Of a stretch of DNA of 64,000 bases, positions 1-10,827 are shown in pieces. The DNA is from an uncultured Clostridia bacterium (GTDB lineage Bacteria; Bacillota; Clostridia; TANB77; CAG-508). Where the stretch lies: positions 20,107 through 84,106 of the forward strand of contig CAKOWY010000007.1 of assembly GCA_934129895.1 (NCBI GenBank), given 5' to 3'. How positions within the stretch are numbered: the first letter of the stretch is position 1; each line of letters starts with the position of its first letter. The position numbers and the translations under genes are program-made. The notes under the pieces are model-generated. The model saw only the letters and a list, made by a program, of their open reading frames with translations. It made no database searches and was not told the origin of the DNA.

Positions 1-766
1 TTCCATTATTTCTTACATTTTGAACAGTTATTGTTCCACCTTTTTCAACTGCACCTTCAGCAACAACAACAATACTAAAATTCTTTCCTTCTGCTCTTCT
101 TTCATTAACTTTTTCAACTGCTTTGTTTATATCATAAGGAATTTCAGGTATTAATGCAACATCTGCACCACCTGCTATTGCTGATTCTAATGCTATCCAA
201 CCAGCATATCTTCCCATAACTTCAAGTACCATTATTCTATGATGAGTTTCACCAGTTGTATGAAGTCTATCTAATGCTTCTGTTGCAACTGATACTGCTG
301 TATTATATCCAAATGTTATTTCTGTACATGCAACATCATTATCTATTGTTTTTGGAACACCAATTACATTTACTCCTTTTGTTGAAAAATCTCTTGCTGA
401 TTTTTGAGTTCCATCTCCACCTAATGTAAAAATACAATCAAATCCATCTTTCTTTATATTTTCTACACATACATCTGATAAATCTTTATATACTACTTCT
501 CCATTTTCAACTACTTTATAATGAAATACATTCGCATTAGTTGATGAACCTATTATTGATCCTCCTTTTTGAAGTATTCCAGAAGCATGTTCGTCATTAG
601 CTGTACTTAATTTTTCATATTTATTATTTAGTAAACCATTATATCCATCTATAAAACCATAACAGTCTACTCCATTATTCTCTGCTGTTTTTACTATTGC
701 TCTAATTACTGCATTAAATCCTGATACGTCTCCTCCATTTGCTAAAATAGCAACTTTTCTTATCAT
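1..766 (-). CDS. pfkA: ATP-dependent 6-phosphofructokinase, partial (C-terminus runs off the window start)
   Basis: Minus-strand translation begins MIRKVAILANGGDVSGFNAVIRAIV with the GGDxxGxNA PFK signature. The ATG at 764-766 is preceded by GGAGG. Confidence 0.85.
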   Translation of the reverse strand, partial: MIRKVAILANGGDVSGFNAVIRAIVKTAENNGVDCYGFIDGYNGLLNNKYEKLSTANDEHASGILQKGGSIIGSSTNANVFHYKVVENGEVVYKDLSDVCVENIKKDGFDCIFTLGGDGTQKSARDFSTKGVNVIGVPKTIDNDVACTEITFGYNTAVSVATEALDRLHTTGETHHRIMVLEVMGRYAGWIALESAIAGGADVALIPEIPYDINKAVEKVNERRAEGKNFSIVVVAEGAVEKGGTITVQNVRNNG

Positions 767-781
767 TTGAATCTTCCTCCC

Positions 782-2083
782 TTATTTATATTCTTTTGTG
801 ATAGAACTATATTTTAAGTCCTTTTCACTATATTTTTCTGGACTCAATCCAACTTTATCTCTCATATAATCAGTTAACCATGTCATAAAAATTGCTGTAA
901 TACATCCTATTGTTAAAATAGTATTAGCCGAACTTGTTATATTTAGTAAGATTGAACCTATTAAACTAATTATTAATGTAAATATATTATAAAACATATT
1001 TCTTATTGTTGAAAGTTTAACTCTTATATTTCTGTTGGTAAAATTATTTAAATATCTATATATCAACACATTATATGCTCCCTTTATTGCACCTTGCATT
1101 ATAAATAATAATATTATAAATGGTGCCGCTTTTTCAGAAAATATATTTGCTAATATTCCTATAATAATACATGAGAAAACATAAGGCATTCCCAAAAATG
1201 TTAAAGTTTTATTTTTAAATTTCTTATGTATTTTTAACTGTATTCTTGAACATAATGATGCTGCAATTTGTGTAACTGCAAATATTACGCCAAAATATTG
1301 TGCTGGTATTTTTATACTATCTAATACATTACTTCTGAATGTTGACATATTGTATGTTAGACCTGATATCAATCCGAAAAACAATAATAAGCATAACATT
1401 CTTTTTGAACTTTTTGCAAATTTCACTGCTTCATTAAGTTCTTTGAAATAATTGCGAATACTCTCTTTTTTTTCAATTATTTCATCACCATCATCTGGCA
1501 TATTAGTATGTCTAAATCGTGTTGCTAATATTGTTGAAATAATATTAGCTATTAAACATAATACAATTGGTATATATGGATTTATTACATAAGTATACCC
1601 TGCAATAAGAGATGTGACTGCATCTATTATATAATATCGTGATGCTCCTAATCCATCAATTTGTGAATATAATTTTCCTCTAGATTTTCCTTTTGGTAAA
1701 GAATCATATAATATGTTAGTTTCACAATCACTTTTTATTACATAGCCTATTGCATCTATAAAATATGCTATTAATAACATTTGATAATTTGATGTTGCTA
1801 TTAATATTATAATAAATATACACATACATACATTAGCTATTACAAGACTATTTTTCTTTCCAAAATCATCAACCAATAGCCCTAATGGAATTTGTAATAT
1901 AAAACACGAAGCAGTAAAAACTGCTTCTCCCAATAATACTTGTGCAGCCGTAAAACCTTTAACTTGAGTTAAAAACAAATAAATTATTGAATAATAAAAT
2001 AGTAAATCCCAAGATATCATTTTATATATTGGATATAGTTTCGCATTTATTTTTTTGTTTTGTATATCCTTTGTTTCTCCCAT
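782..2083 (-). CDS. MFS-type membrane transporter
   Basis: 433-aa polytopic hydrophobic protein of about 12 predicted helices. Loop motifs such as LGLLVDDFGKKN are typical of the major facilitator superfamily. Confidence 0.6.
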   Translation of the reverse strand: MGETKDIQNKKINAKLYPIYKMISWDLLFYYSIIYLFLTQVKGFTAAQVLLGEAVFTASCFILQIPLGLLVDDFGKKNSLVIANVCMCIFIIILIATSNYQMLLIAYFIDAIGYVIKSDCETNILYDSLPKGKSRGKLYSQIDGLGASRYYIIDAVTSLIAGYTYVINPYIPIVLCLIANIISTILATRFRHTNMPDDGDEIIEKKESIRNYFKELNEAVKFAKSSKRMLCLLLFFGLISGLTYNMSTFRSNVLDSIKIPAQYFGVIFAVTQIAASLCSRIQLKIHKKFKNKTLTFLGMPYVFSCIIIGILANIFSEKAAPFIILLFIMQGAIKGAYNVLIYRYLNNFTNRNIRVKLSTIRNMFYNIFTLIISLIGSILLNITSSANTILTIGCITAIFMTWLTDYMRDKVGLSPEKYSEKDLKYSSITKEYK

Positions 2084-2098
2084 TTTTACCTCACTTTA

Positions 2099-3292
2099 TT
2101 ATATAAGTTTTGCTGTTTCTTTTGCTATCATAAGCTCTTCGTTTGTTGGAACTAAATAAACTTTTACTTTTGAATCTGGAGCAGATATTTCTTTTTCTTC
2201 TCCTCTTACATTATTTGCTTCAGCATCTATTTTTACTCCCATAAATTCAAGTTTTTCGCAAATTCCTCTTCTTATATTTATTTGGTTTTCTCCAACACCA
2301 CCTGTAAATACTATATAATCTACTCCATTCATTGCTACTGCATATTTTGCAATATATGATGCAATTTCATATTTGAATTTTTCAATTGCAATTGCTGCTC
2401 TTTCATTATCTCCATAAGAAGCTGCTTCAATCTCTCTAAAGTCTGGTGCTAATCCTGATATTCCTTGAACTCCTGATTTTTTATTTAACATGTTTTCTGC
2501 TTCTTCTGCTGTCCATCCTTCTTTTTTCATTAAAAATGTTACAACAGATGGATCTAAATCTCCTGAACGTGTTACCATTGGAATTCCAGCAAGTGGTGTT
2601 AATCCCATACTTGTATCAACTGATTTTCCACCTTCTACTGCACATATACTTGATCCTTGACCTAAATGACATGTAACAATTTTTAAATCTTTTATATCTT
2701 TTCCAACAATTTCTGCTAATCTTTGTGAAACATATTGATGTGATGTTCCATGGAATCCATACTTTCTTATTCCATATTTTTTATAATATTCATAAGGTAT
2801 TGGATATATATATCTTTCTTTTGGCATTGTTTGATGGAATGCTGTATCAAATACACCTACCATAGGTTTTCCTGGCATTACCTTTTTACAAGCTTCAATT
2901 CCTATTATTCCTGCTGGATTGTGTAATGGTGCTAAATCTATACATTCTTTTAATACATCTATAACTTCGTCTGTTATAACTACAGATTTATTGATTTTTT
3001 CTCCACCATGTACTAATCTATGTCCTATTGCTGATATTTCATCTAAGCTATCTATTACTTTATATTCTGGATTTATTAATTGTTTTAATGTAAAATCAAC
3101 AGCCTCTTCATGTGTTTTTGCAGGATGTTTGATTTCTATTTTTTGTCCATTTACTTTATGTGTTATAAAAGCTTCATCTTCTCCTATTCTTTCATATTTT
3201 CCTGAAGCTAAAACTTCTTCTGTTTCCATGTTTATTAATTGATATTTTAGTGATGAACTACCACAATTTAATACTAATATTTTCATTTTCAT
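2099..3292 (-). CDS. ackA: acetate kinase (paralog 2)
   Basis: MKILVLNCGSSSLKYQ N-terminus, the HLGQGSS motif, and full-length acetate/propionate kinase family similarity. Confidence 0.9.
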   Translation of the reverse strand: MKMKILVLNCGSSSLKYQLINMETEEVLASGKYERIGEDEAFITHKVNGQKIEIKHPAKTHEEAVDFTLKQLINPEYKVIDSLDEISAIGHRLVHGGEKINKSVVITDEVIDVLKECIDLAPLHNPAGIIGIEACKKVMPGKPMVGVFDTAFHQTMPKERYIYPIPYEYYKKYGIRKYGFHGTSHQYVSQRLAEIVGKDIKDLKIVTCHLGQGSSICAVEGGKSVDTSMGLTPLAGIPMVTRSGDLDPSVVTFLMKKEGWTAEEAENMLNKKSGVQGISGLAPDFREIEAASYGDNERAAIAIEKFKYEIASYIAKYAVAMNGVDYIVFTGGVGENQINIRRGICEKLEFMGVKIDAEANNVRGEEKEISAPDSKVKVYLVPTNEELMIAKETAKLI

Positions 3293-3348
3293 CTTTTCCT
3301 TTTTATATTATATATTTAGGTTTTTAAGGTTTTGCCTATAAACCTTAT

Positions 3349-4539
3349 TTATTTTACTAATTCTGCTGTTTCACGAGCAATCATTAATTCCTCATTTGTT
3401 GGAATAACAAAAACTTTTACTTTTGAATTTGGTGAAGAAATTTCTGCTTCTTCTCCTTTTACTAAATTAGCTTTTCCTGATATTTCTACCCCAAATACTC
3501 CTAGTTGCTTACATATTTCACTTCTAGAATATGGTGATTTTTCTCCAACACCTGCTGTGAATGTTAAAACATCTATTCCTCCCATTGCAACTGCACATTT
3601 TGCTATATATCCTGCAATTGAATAATGGTATGCATCTAATGCAAGTTTTGCATGCTTTCCACCAGCCAGTGCTTCTGCTTCTATATCTCTAAAATCTACA
3701 GATACCATTGATATTCCATATACTCCAGATTCTCTATTTAATACTTCTTCAACATCATCTGCATCTAATTCTTCTTTTTTCATTAAATATGTTACAACAG
3801 ATGGATCTAAATCTCCTGAACGTGTTCCCATTGGAATTCCTCCAAGTGGTGTTAATCCCATACTTGTTTCAACTGATTCTCCATTTTTTATTGCACATAT
3901 ACTTGCTCCTTGACCTAAGTGACAATTTACTATTTTTAATTCTTTTATGTCTTTTCCTAGTATTTCTGCAACTCTATTTGCAACATATTGGTGTGATGTT
4001 CCGTGAAATCCATATTTTCTTACATGATATTTTTCATAATATTCATACGGAATTGGATATATATACTTTTCTTTCGAAATTGTTTGATGAAATGCTGTAT
4101 CAAATACTGCTACCATTGGCTTATTAGGTACAACTTTTTGACAAGCTTCTATTCCTAATATTGCTGCTGGATTATGTAATGGTGCCAACATTGCATTTTC
4201 TTTTATTTCTTGAATTACTTCATCTGTAATAAGAACTGCATCTTTAAATTGTTCTCCACCATGTACAACTCTATGACCTATTGCATCTAATTCATCCAAA
4301 CTTTTAAATACACCATAGTGTTCACTTGTTAATCTTTTCATTACAAATTGAATTGCTTTTTCATGATTTTTAGCTGGGTGTTCAAATTGGTGTTTTTCTC
4401 CATTTACTTTATGTGTTAAAAACGCTCCTACTTGCCCAATTCTTTCGTAATAACCTTTTACAAGCATTTCACCAGTTTCTGTATCAATTACTTGATATTT
4501 TAATGATGAACTTCCTGAATTTAAAACTAGAATTTTCAT
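3349..4539 (-). CDS. ackA: acetate kinase (paralog 1)
   Basis: MKILVLNSGSSSLKYQ N-terminus, the HLGQGAS motif, and roughly 65% identity to the neighbouring paralog. Confidence 0.9.
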   Translation of the reverse strand: MKILVLNSGSSSLKYQVIDTETGEMLVKGYYERIGQVGAFLTHKVNGEKHQFEHPAKNHEKAIQFVMKRLTSEHYGVFKSLDELDAIGHRVVHGGEQFKDAVLITDEVIQEIKENAMLAPLHNPAAILGIEACQKVVPNKPMVAVFDTAFHQTISKEKYIYPIPYEYYEKYHVRKYGFHGTSHQYVANRVAEILGKDIKELKIVNCHLGQGASICAIKNGESVETSMGLTPLGGIPMGTRSGDLDPSVVTYLMKKEELDADDVEEVLNRESGVYGISMVSVDFRDIEAEALAGGKHAKLALDAYHYSIAGYIAKCAVAMGGIDVLTFTAGVGEKSPYSRSEICKQLGVFGVEISGKANLVKGEEAEISSPNSKVKVFVIPTNEELMIARETAELVK

Positions 4540-4586
4540 AAATTATATACCTTTCTTTTTGTATGTACTCATTATTATATATTTTA

Positions 4587-5588
4587 TTAACCTTGTGATT
4601 GTGCTTGTACAGCTGTTATTGCTACTACACCTGCTACATCTTCACTACTACATCCTCTTGATAAATCATTTACAGGTCTTGCAATACCTTGACAAAGAGG
4701 TCCATAAGCTTCTGCTTTTGCTAATCTTTGTGTTAATTTATATCCAATATTTCCAGCTCCTAAATCTGGGAATACTAATACATTTGCTTGACCTTTTAAA
4801 GGACTTCCTTTTGCCTTAAATTCTGCAACTTCTGGTATTATTGCAGCATCTAATTGTAGTTCTCCATCAATTAATAGTTCTGGTGCTTTTTCTTTTGCAA
4901 GTCTTGTTGCTTCAACTACTTTTTCTGTTGATGCAGAATGTGCACTTCCATAAGTTGAATATGATAGCATTGCAACTTTAGGTTCTTCTCCTACTAATTG
5001 CTTAAAACTTTTACTTGATGATATTGCTATTTCTGAAAGTTTGTCTGCATCTGGTTCTTCATTTAAACCACTATCTGCAAATATAAAAGTTCCATTAGCT
5101 CCATATTCGCAATTTGGTACTACCATTACGAAAAATGCTGATACTAATTTTGTTCCTGGTGCTGTTTTTAATATTTGTAATGCTGGTCTTAATGTGTCAG
5201 CTGTTGAATGTGCTGCTCCTGATACAAGTCCATCAGCATCATTCTGTTTTACCATCATCATTCCATAATATATTGGTTCTAATATTAATTTTTGTGCTTG
5301 TTCTTCTGTCATACCTTTGGCTTTTCTTAATTCATATAATTCTTTTGCATATTCAGATGTCTCCTCTGATTTTACTGGATCTATTATTTGTGTTTCTCCT
5401 AATTCTAAACCATTTTCTTTAATTAATTTTTCAATTTCTTCTGTATTACCAATTAATACAACTTTAGCATATTTTTCTTTATTTACTATTTGTGCTGCTT
5501 TCAATATACGAATATCTGTTGCTTCTGGTAATACTATTGTTTTTATTTCTTGTTTTGCTCTGTTTTTTATTTCTTCTATAAATGACAT
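4587..5588 (-). CDS. pta: phosphate acetyltransferase
   Basis: 333-aa PTA_PTB-family protein with N-terminal MSFIEEIKNRAK and a C-terminal SRGCS motif. Confidence 0.9.
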   Translation of the reverse strand: MSFIEEIKNRAKQEIKTIVLPEATDIRILKAAQIVNKEKYAKVVLIGNTEEIEKLIKENGLELGETQIIDPVKSEETSEYAKELYELRKAKGMTEEQAQKLILEPIYYGMMMVKQNDADGLVSGAAHSTADTLRPALQILKTAPGTKLVSAFFVMVVPNCEYGANGTFIFADSGLNEEPDADKLSEIAISSSKSFKQLVGEEPKVAMLSYSTYGSAHSASTEKVVEATRLAKEKAPELLIDGELQLDAAIIPEVAEFKAKGSPLKGQANVLVFPDLGAGNIGYKLTQRLAKAEAYGPLCQGIARPVNDLSRGCSSEDVAGVVAITAVQAQSQG

Positions 5589-5651
5589 TTCAATCTTTTC
5601 CTTTCTAGAGTTTTTTCCCCATAAAATTCATAATTAATATATCATAGATAT

Positions 5652-5694
5652 AAAAAAAACACAACATTTTTAAAAAATCTGTTGTGTTTTTTCA
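5652..5694 (-). terminator. rho-independent terminator downstream of the ChW protein gene
   Basis: Perfect 9-bp stem AACACAACA / TGTTGTGTT with A- and T-tracts on either side. Confidence 0.5.
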
Positions 5695-5744
5695 TTAGAC
5701 TTATTTTATTTTTGCTGATATGCTCTTTTAGTATTACCTGGTGC

Positions 5745-6640
5745 TGAACTACCTTTTTTTACCATAACAATCTCTATTGCTTCAAGTCTATAACAATATC
5801 CCGCAGTTCCTGCTGATTCTCCATTTTTAGCCCATCCCATCCAGCCTATATCTTGTGCATGAACTCTATAATAAATGTCATATTTATTTGCCATCTCACC
5901 TGTTAATCTTATCTGAATTGCTTCTAATCTTAATGCTCTTCCTGTTGTTCCTGAAATCTCTCCATTTCTTTTATAAGATTTTTCCCAGCCTATATCTTGA
6001 ATATGTGTTCTATACTCTATTCCACCACTATATTCAGGATTAAGTAATTTCAGCCTAATTCCTTCAAGTCTCAATGCTCTTCCTGTTGTTCCTGCTGTTG
6101 CTCCATCTTTTTTGCTTGCTTCCCATCCAACATCTTGAATGTGTGTATTATATTCTACTAATGTCTGTTTATAAGAATTTTTAGTACTTCCTGGTGCTGC
6201 TGCTCCTTTTTGCACAATTCTTATTTCAATTGCTTCTAGCCTATATCCATATCCTGCTGTTCCTGCTGATTCTCCATTTTTAGCCCATCCCATCCAGCCT
6301 ACATCTTGTGCATGAACTCTATAATAAACATCATATTTGTTTGCTAATTCTCCTGTTAATCTTATTTTTATAGCTTCTAATCTCAAAGCTTTGCCTGTTG
6401 TTCCTGATAATTCACCATTTTTCTTATAAGATTTTTCCCAGCCTATATCTTGAATATGTGTTTTATATTCTATATTTCCATCGTACATTTTATTTTCTAA
6501 ATTAATCTTTATTCCTTCGAGCCTTAATGCTCTTCCTGTTGTTCCTGCTGTTTTTCCATCATATACTTGTTTTTCCCAACCCACATCTTGAACATGTGTT
6601 GTATATTTAACATTTATTCCATACATTTTTACATATACCT
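5745..6640 (-). repeat. tandem duplication of a roughly 445-bp three-ChW-repeat module (about 90% nucleotide identity)
   Basis: Long near-identical stretches, for example TCTCCATTTTTAGCCCATCCCATCCAGCCTA...CTTGTGCATGAACTCTATAATAAA, recur about 450 bp apart. Confidence 0.7.
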
Positions 6641-6879
6641 TACATGTTGCTGTTTTATTTCCAACTTTAGCTGTTATTATAGCTTCACCTGATTTTTTTG
6701 CATAAACAACTCCATTTGAATTAACTGATGCCACTGAGCTATTACTACTTGACCATGTTACATTCTTGTTGTCTGTTGTATTACTTGGATTATAAGTAAC
6801 TTTAAGAGTATAGCTTTTTCTTTCGTATAATGTCAAACTACTTTTATCCAAGCTAATACTAATAAGTGGATATGTTGGT

Positions 6880-6960
6880 TTAGTTTCTGGTTTAGTTTCT
6901 GGTTTAGTTTCTGGCTTTGGATCTGGCTTTGGATCTGGTGTTGGATCTGGATCTGGTTCA
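6880..6960 (-). repeat. in-frame tandem 12-nt repeats encoding a PDPKPETKP-type proline-rich linker
   Basis: GGTTTAGTTTCT x3 followed by GGCTTTGGATCT x2, read directly on the plus strand. Confidence 0.8.
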
Positions 6961-9325
6961 GTAATAGATTCACTTTGTTTATATTTTTTTCTTTTAACTG
7001 CAATTTTTTCATCTGCATTTTTTTGTATAATTATATATATGTAATCATCATTCATAACAGTTCTTATATTTTTTACAGCATTATCAACATCAATACCTTC
7101 TTGCTCGAAACCATTGCTTTCTTTATTGAATTTATATAATCTTACTTTTCCACTATCATCTGCAGCTTTCAAAAGTACGTACATATCTTTATTAGTAGTT
7201 ATCAGTTCTGGAAAACTAAGTGTTATATTTGACTTTATATCACTCCACTTATTTCCATCATATATGTATGTTAAAACATTTTGAGTACTTGTCTTTCCAA
7301 GTACAAAATATATTTTACTGTTAAATACTTTCATACTATAATTTCCTGATGACATAGAATTACTTACTTCTGAAAAACTATTTTTTGAATTATATTTATA
7401 TAATTTAATTTTATCACCATAAGTCCATCTAACTGAAACATATATGTTATTATTTAGTACAACAACCTGTGGTTGTCCACATAATTGTTTTGAAGAATAT
7501 TCTCCAAATTCAGAAATCGTTTTTCCACTCAATTTTATTAATCTTGCTGATAAACTATCTTCTCCTATACATGTTATATAAATTTCGTTTTGATTACTTG
7601 TAATACCAAAATCACCATTTATATTATTTACTGTAGTTATTTTTTCCCAACTCTTTTTCTGGGTATTTAATTTATATATATTTAATTTTCCCCATGTAGA
7701 AACAAACAAATATAAATCATTATCTGTATTTATCAATTCTATTTGAGATATAAGATCCATATCACTTATATCTAAACTTCCATAATCTTCTTTCCAACTT
7801 TGTCCATTATAAAATTTCGTATATATTTTTTTATCTGCACAATTTACTGTATATATAGAATTTTGAAGATTTGCAATTGCAAAACATTTATTAACATTTT
7901 TTGCCGTTGCATCATTGTAATTAGTATTTTCCCATAATTCTAAATTTGATATATCCGGAAATGTAATTGTACATGTCATTTGTTTTCCAGAACTTTCTGA
8001 CACATTACTTATAACTATTCCCGAATTTGTTCCATCAGAAAATGTTAATGCTCCATCTTCTAGTGTTTTAGTAAAATCAGCAGATCCAATTGAAATTCTT
8101 CCACTTTCTTTTGATAAGAATGCATTATATACTAAATTTTCTTCAGTATTTTCACTACTTGTATTTGAAATTTTATTAGGTCTAAATACATATACTCCTG
8201 TATCTCCGAATCTATTGCTTAATCCTTCAACATTATTATTTATACGATATACTATTATTCCAGATCCTCCAATTCCAGCATCTAGAGAATTATTATCAGT
8301 ATAATCTCTTTCTGGTTTTTTTCTATATTCAATAACAAATACTTCATCTTCATTTAATGGAGATTTTATTATATATGCTTGATTTCCATCTTTATTGTCC
8401 TGTGTATCTAGTACAACAGTTTGACTAGTAGTAATTGTCTTTATATTTAACCAATTAGAAAAATACATTCTTAAATAGGCTAATGGGTATGGCATATACA
8501 TATTTCCAGATGCCATTATGTCCCATATATACACAGGAAGGTCTGGTTCAGTATTTCTATATAAATCTGGATATCCTAGTGTATGTAAAAATTCATGAGC
8601 AATTACTCCAGATTCACTTAATGAAATTCCGTAGTTCTGTTCCTGTTCCTAAAACTGTAGCAGTATTTAAAATATTATATGCTCCAATTTTTTTACCAGA
8701 CCAATATTCTTCTGTTGAATAATCTGATTTATGAGAGACAAATGTTGTATTTGATGAAGCACCCTTTTCTCCGCCATATAACATTATAGTTAAATTATCT
8801 ATGTATCCATCTCCATCATAATCAATTATTTTATCTTTTACTCCTGGAATATTTTTTATCATTTCTTGAATAATTTGAGAATCAATATTCATTTGATAAG
8901 CTAAATTTTTATCTATTTTTAATTCATAAGATGTTATTTTTTTACCATCATCTTGTGGAAAAATATTTTTCAAATGAAATTTTCCATAAGATATTGTATT
9001 TAAATAATTAGTTACAGATCTTCCCTGTGAACCATCATATAATCCTATGATCTTATCTCTATTCTTTTCAAAATATTCAGCCTCTTCTTGTGCTTTATCT
9101 CCCGCAAAATGAGCAAATAATACTACATTTGCAAAGTTTTCTTCATCTATATCAGAAGCCTTTGCAAAAGCTGTATTACATTTTGGTACAAATATCATCA
9201 AAACCAACATTGACAATATTACTAGTATTTTTTTTGTTTTCATCATAAGTTTCCCCTTTATTTTCAAAATTTTATTTCATTTATATTTTCACTATATCAT
9301 AACTATAAATAGTTTGCAATATTTT

Positions 9326-9706
9326 TTAAAAATAATTAAATCTATTTGGATTTCCAATATTGTTCATATTATTCATACTGCCATAAAAGCCTGTTGTAGA
9401 TATAGTAATAAACTTTATTGAATAAATATCACAATATACCAAACTATCATTTTCAAAAGATCTTAATAATATGTAACTTGCTCCAACATCTTCCAAAATT
9501 CCTATTCTATCAGTCATATTATTTGTTCCAATTAAAAATTCTACTCTCATTAATCTTCCTATTTGTTCTCTTAAAAATGCTGGAGTATAAATTGGATTTG
9601 TTAAAATCTCTGGAGAATTTTGATCAATGTTGACATTTCTATTCTCCTTTTTTTCATTATTTACATTTTCATCACCATTTGCCATTTTATCACACATTCC
9701 TTTCAT
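9326..9706 (-). CDS. gerQ: spore coat protein GerQ/YwdL-like
   Basis: 126-aa Asn-rich protein with a C-terminal FLREQIGRLMRVEF...IYSIKFITI pattern resembling GerQ. It sits immediately downstream of a cwlJ-like gene, as in the Bacillus cwlJ-gerQ operon. Confidence 0.5.
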   Translation of the reverse strand: MKGMCDKMANGDENVNNEKKENRNVNIDQNSPEILTNPIYTPAFLREQIGRLMRVEFLIGTNNMTDRIGILEDVGASYILLRSFENDSLVYCDIYSIKFITISTTGFYGSMNNMNNIGNPNRFNYF

Positions 9707-9759
9707 ATAATTATTTATAACAATTATATGAAGCTTTAAAAGAAATGTTACACTTTATT

Positions 9760-10233
9760 TTAAGTTTGTGAATATTTTTCTGTAGGTCTATAAAAACAAT
9801 GATTTCCAAGTTTGGTATGAATAATTCCAGATCCATTACTAGGAAATACTGGACTACATTCTGGTTTGAATGGATTTAAATACCATAAACATTCTCCAAT
9901 TTCATTTAATTTATTTCCAGCTAATGCCCAATCAGCTATATTATAATGAATTTCGGTTGGATTCATATTATAAATATTTTGAGGATTATACACACTTCTT
10001 ATAGTTTCTCTTGCACAATCAAACTGACCTTCTTGAAATATTATATTTCTTATGTTTCCACCTTGTGAAACCCTAGAATATTCTCCAACTTCAGAATTCA
10101 CCCTATTCATAGTAACTGTTGCCACTGCTTTCATTCCATTATCTCCTTCTCCTCCGGCTTCACATTGTACTATTCTAGCTAATAATTCTCTATCTGAAAA
10201 AGCCATAAAAAAACACCCCTTTATATTATACAA
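9760..10233 (-). CDS. cwlJ: spore cortex cell-wall hydrolase, CwlJ/SleB catalytic domain only
   Basis: LLARIVQCEAGGEG...KAVATVTMNRV is the Hydrolase_2 signature. The protein is small, with no peptidoglycan-binding domain. Confidence 0.75.
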   Translation of the reverse strand: MYNIKGCFFMAFSDRELLARIVQCEAGGEGDNGMKAVATVTMNRVNSEVGEYSRVSQGGNIRNIIFQEGQFDCARETIRSVYNPQNIYNMNPTEIHYNIADWALAGNKLNEIGECLWYLNPFKPECSPVFPSNGSGIIHTKLGNHCFYRPTEKYSQT

Positions 10234-10255
10234 ATTAATATAAAAAAGTGTTTTT

Positions 10256-10801
10256 TTATTTTAATATTTTTTCATAAATTTTATAATCTCTTATAACTTT
10301 TCTGACATAAAGATTAGTTTCTTTATATGGTATATTTTCTATATTTGATGCATCATCATTAATAATTCCTTGAGTTATCCATTTGTCAACATTTCCGCTT
10401 CCAGCATTATATGCAGCTAAAGCTAATTCTAAACTTTTATATTTAGAAATTAAATTTGATATATATATTGTTCCTATTTTTATATTAATTTCAGGATTTA
10501 GGATTTTTTCTTCATCTAATTCTATATTATTTTTCTTTGAAACTTCCTGTGCTGTTGAATACATTATTTGCATTAAACCCTGTGCATTACTAACAGACGT
10601 TGCTTTTTCATTAAAACCACTTTCATTTTTTATTATAGAATATATTAATGCTTCTTCTACTCCATAAGAACTTGCACTTTCTGTTACATATTCTTTATAT
10701 TCTATTTTGTAAGTATTATTAAATATTATCTTTCTTATAATAATTACTATTATTACTAAAAAAGTTATTAAAAAAAGCGTTTTTATAGCTCTTGCTTTCA
10801 A
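10256..10801 (-). CDS. membrane-anchored lytic transglycosylase (SLT domain)
   Basis: N-terminal transmembrane helix, then ESGFN...AQGLMQIM and AYNAG SLT motifs. Confidence 0.75.
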   Translation of the reverse strand: MKARAIKTLFLITFLVIIVIIIRKIIFNNTYKIEYKEYVTESASSYGVEEALIYSIIKNESGFNEKATSVSNAQGLMQIMYSTAQEVSKKNNIELDEEKILNPEINIKIGTIYISNLISKYKSLELALAAYNAGSGNVDKWITQGIINDDASNIENIPYKETNLYVRKVIRDYKIYEKILK

Positions 10802-10827
10802 TAAAGCATTTCCTCCTTAGTTATATT

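Larger units (their letters stand above)
5706..9267 (-). pseudogene. Secreted zinc metalloprotease (HEFLH motif, M6/InhA-like) fused to a Big_2 domain and six ChW repeats. Interrupted by a frameshift near 8625-8660 (ORFs 8614-9267 and 5706-8534).
   Basis: The N-terminal ORF carries a signal peptide. The downstream ORF frame stays open upstream of its first Met and encodes GVIAHEFLHTLGYPDLY. The two frames overlap by about 50 bp with no start codon or RBS in between. The C-terminus has a Big_2 domain and six ChW repeats. Confidence 0.6.
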
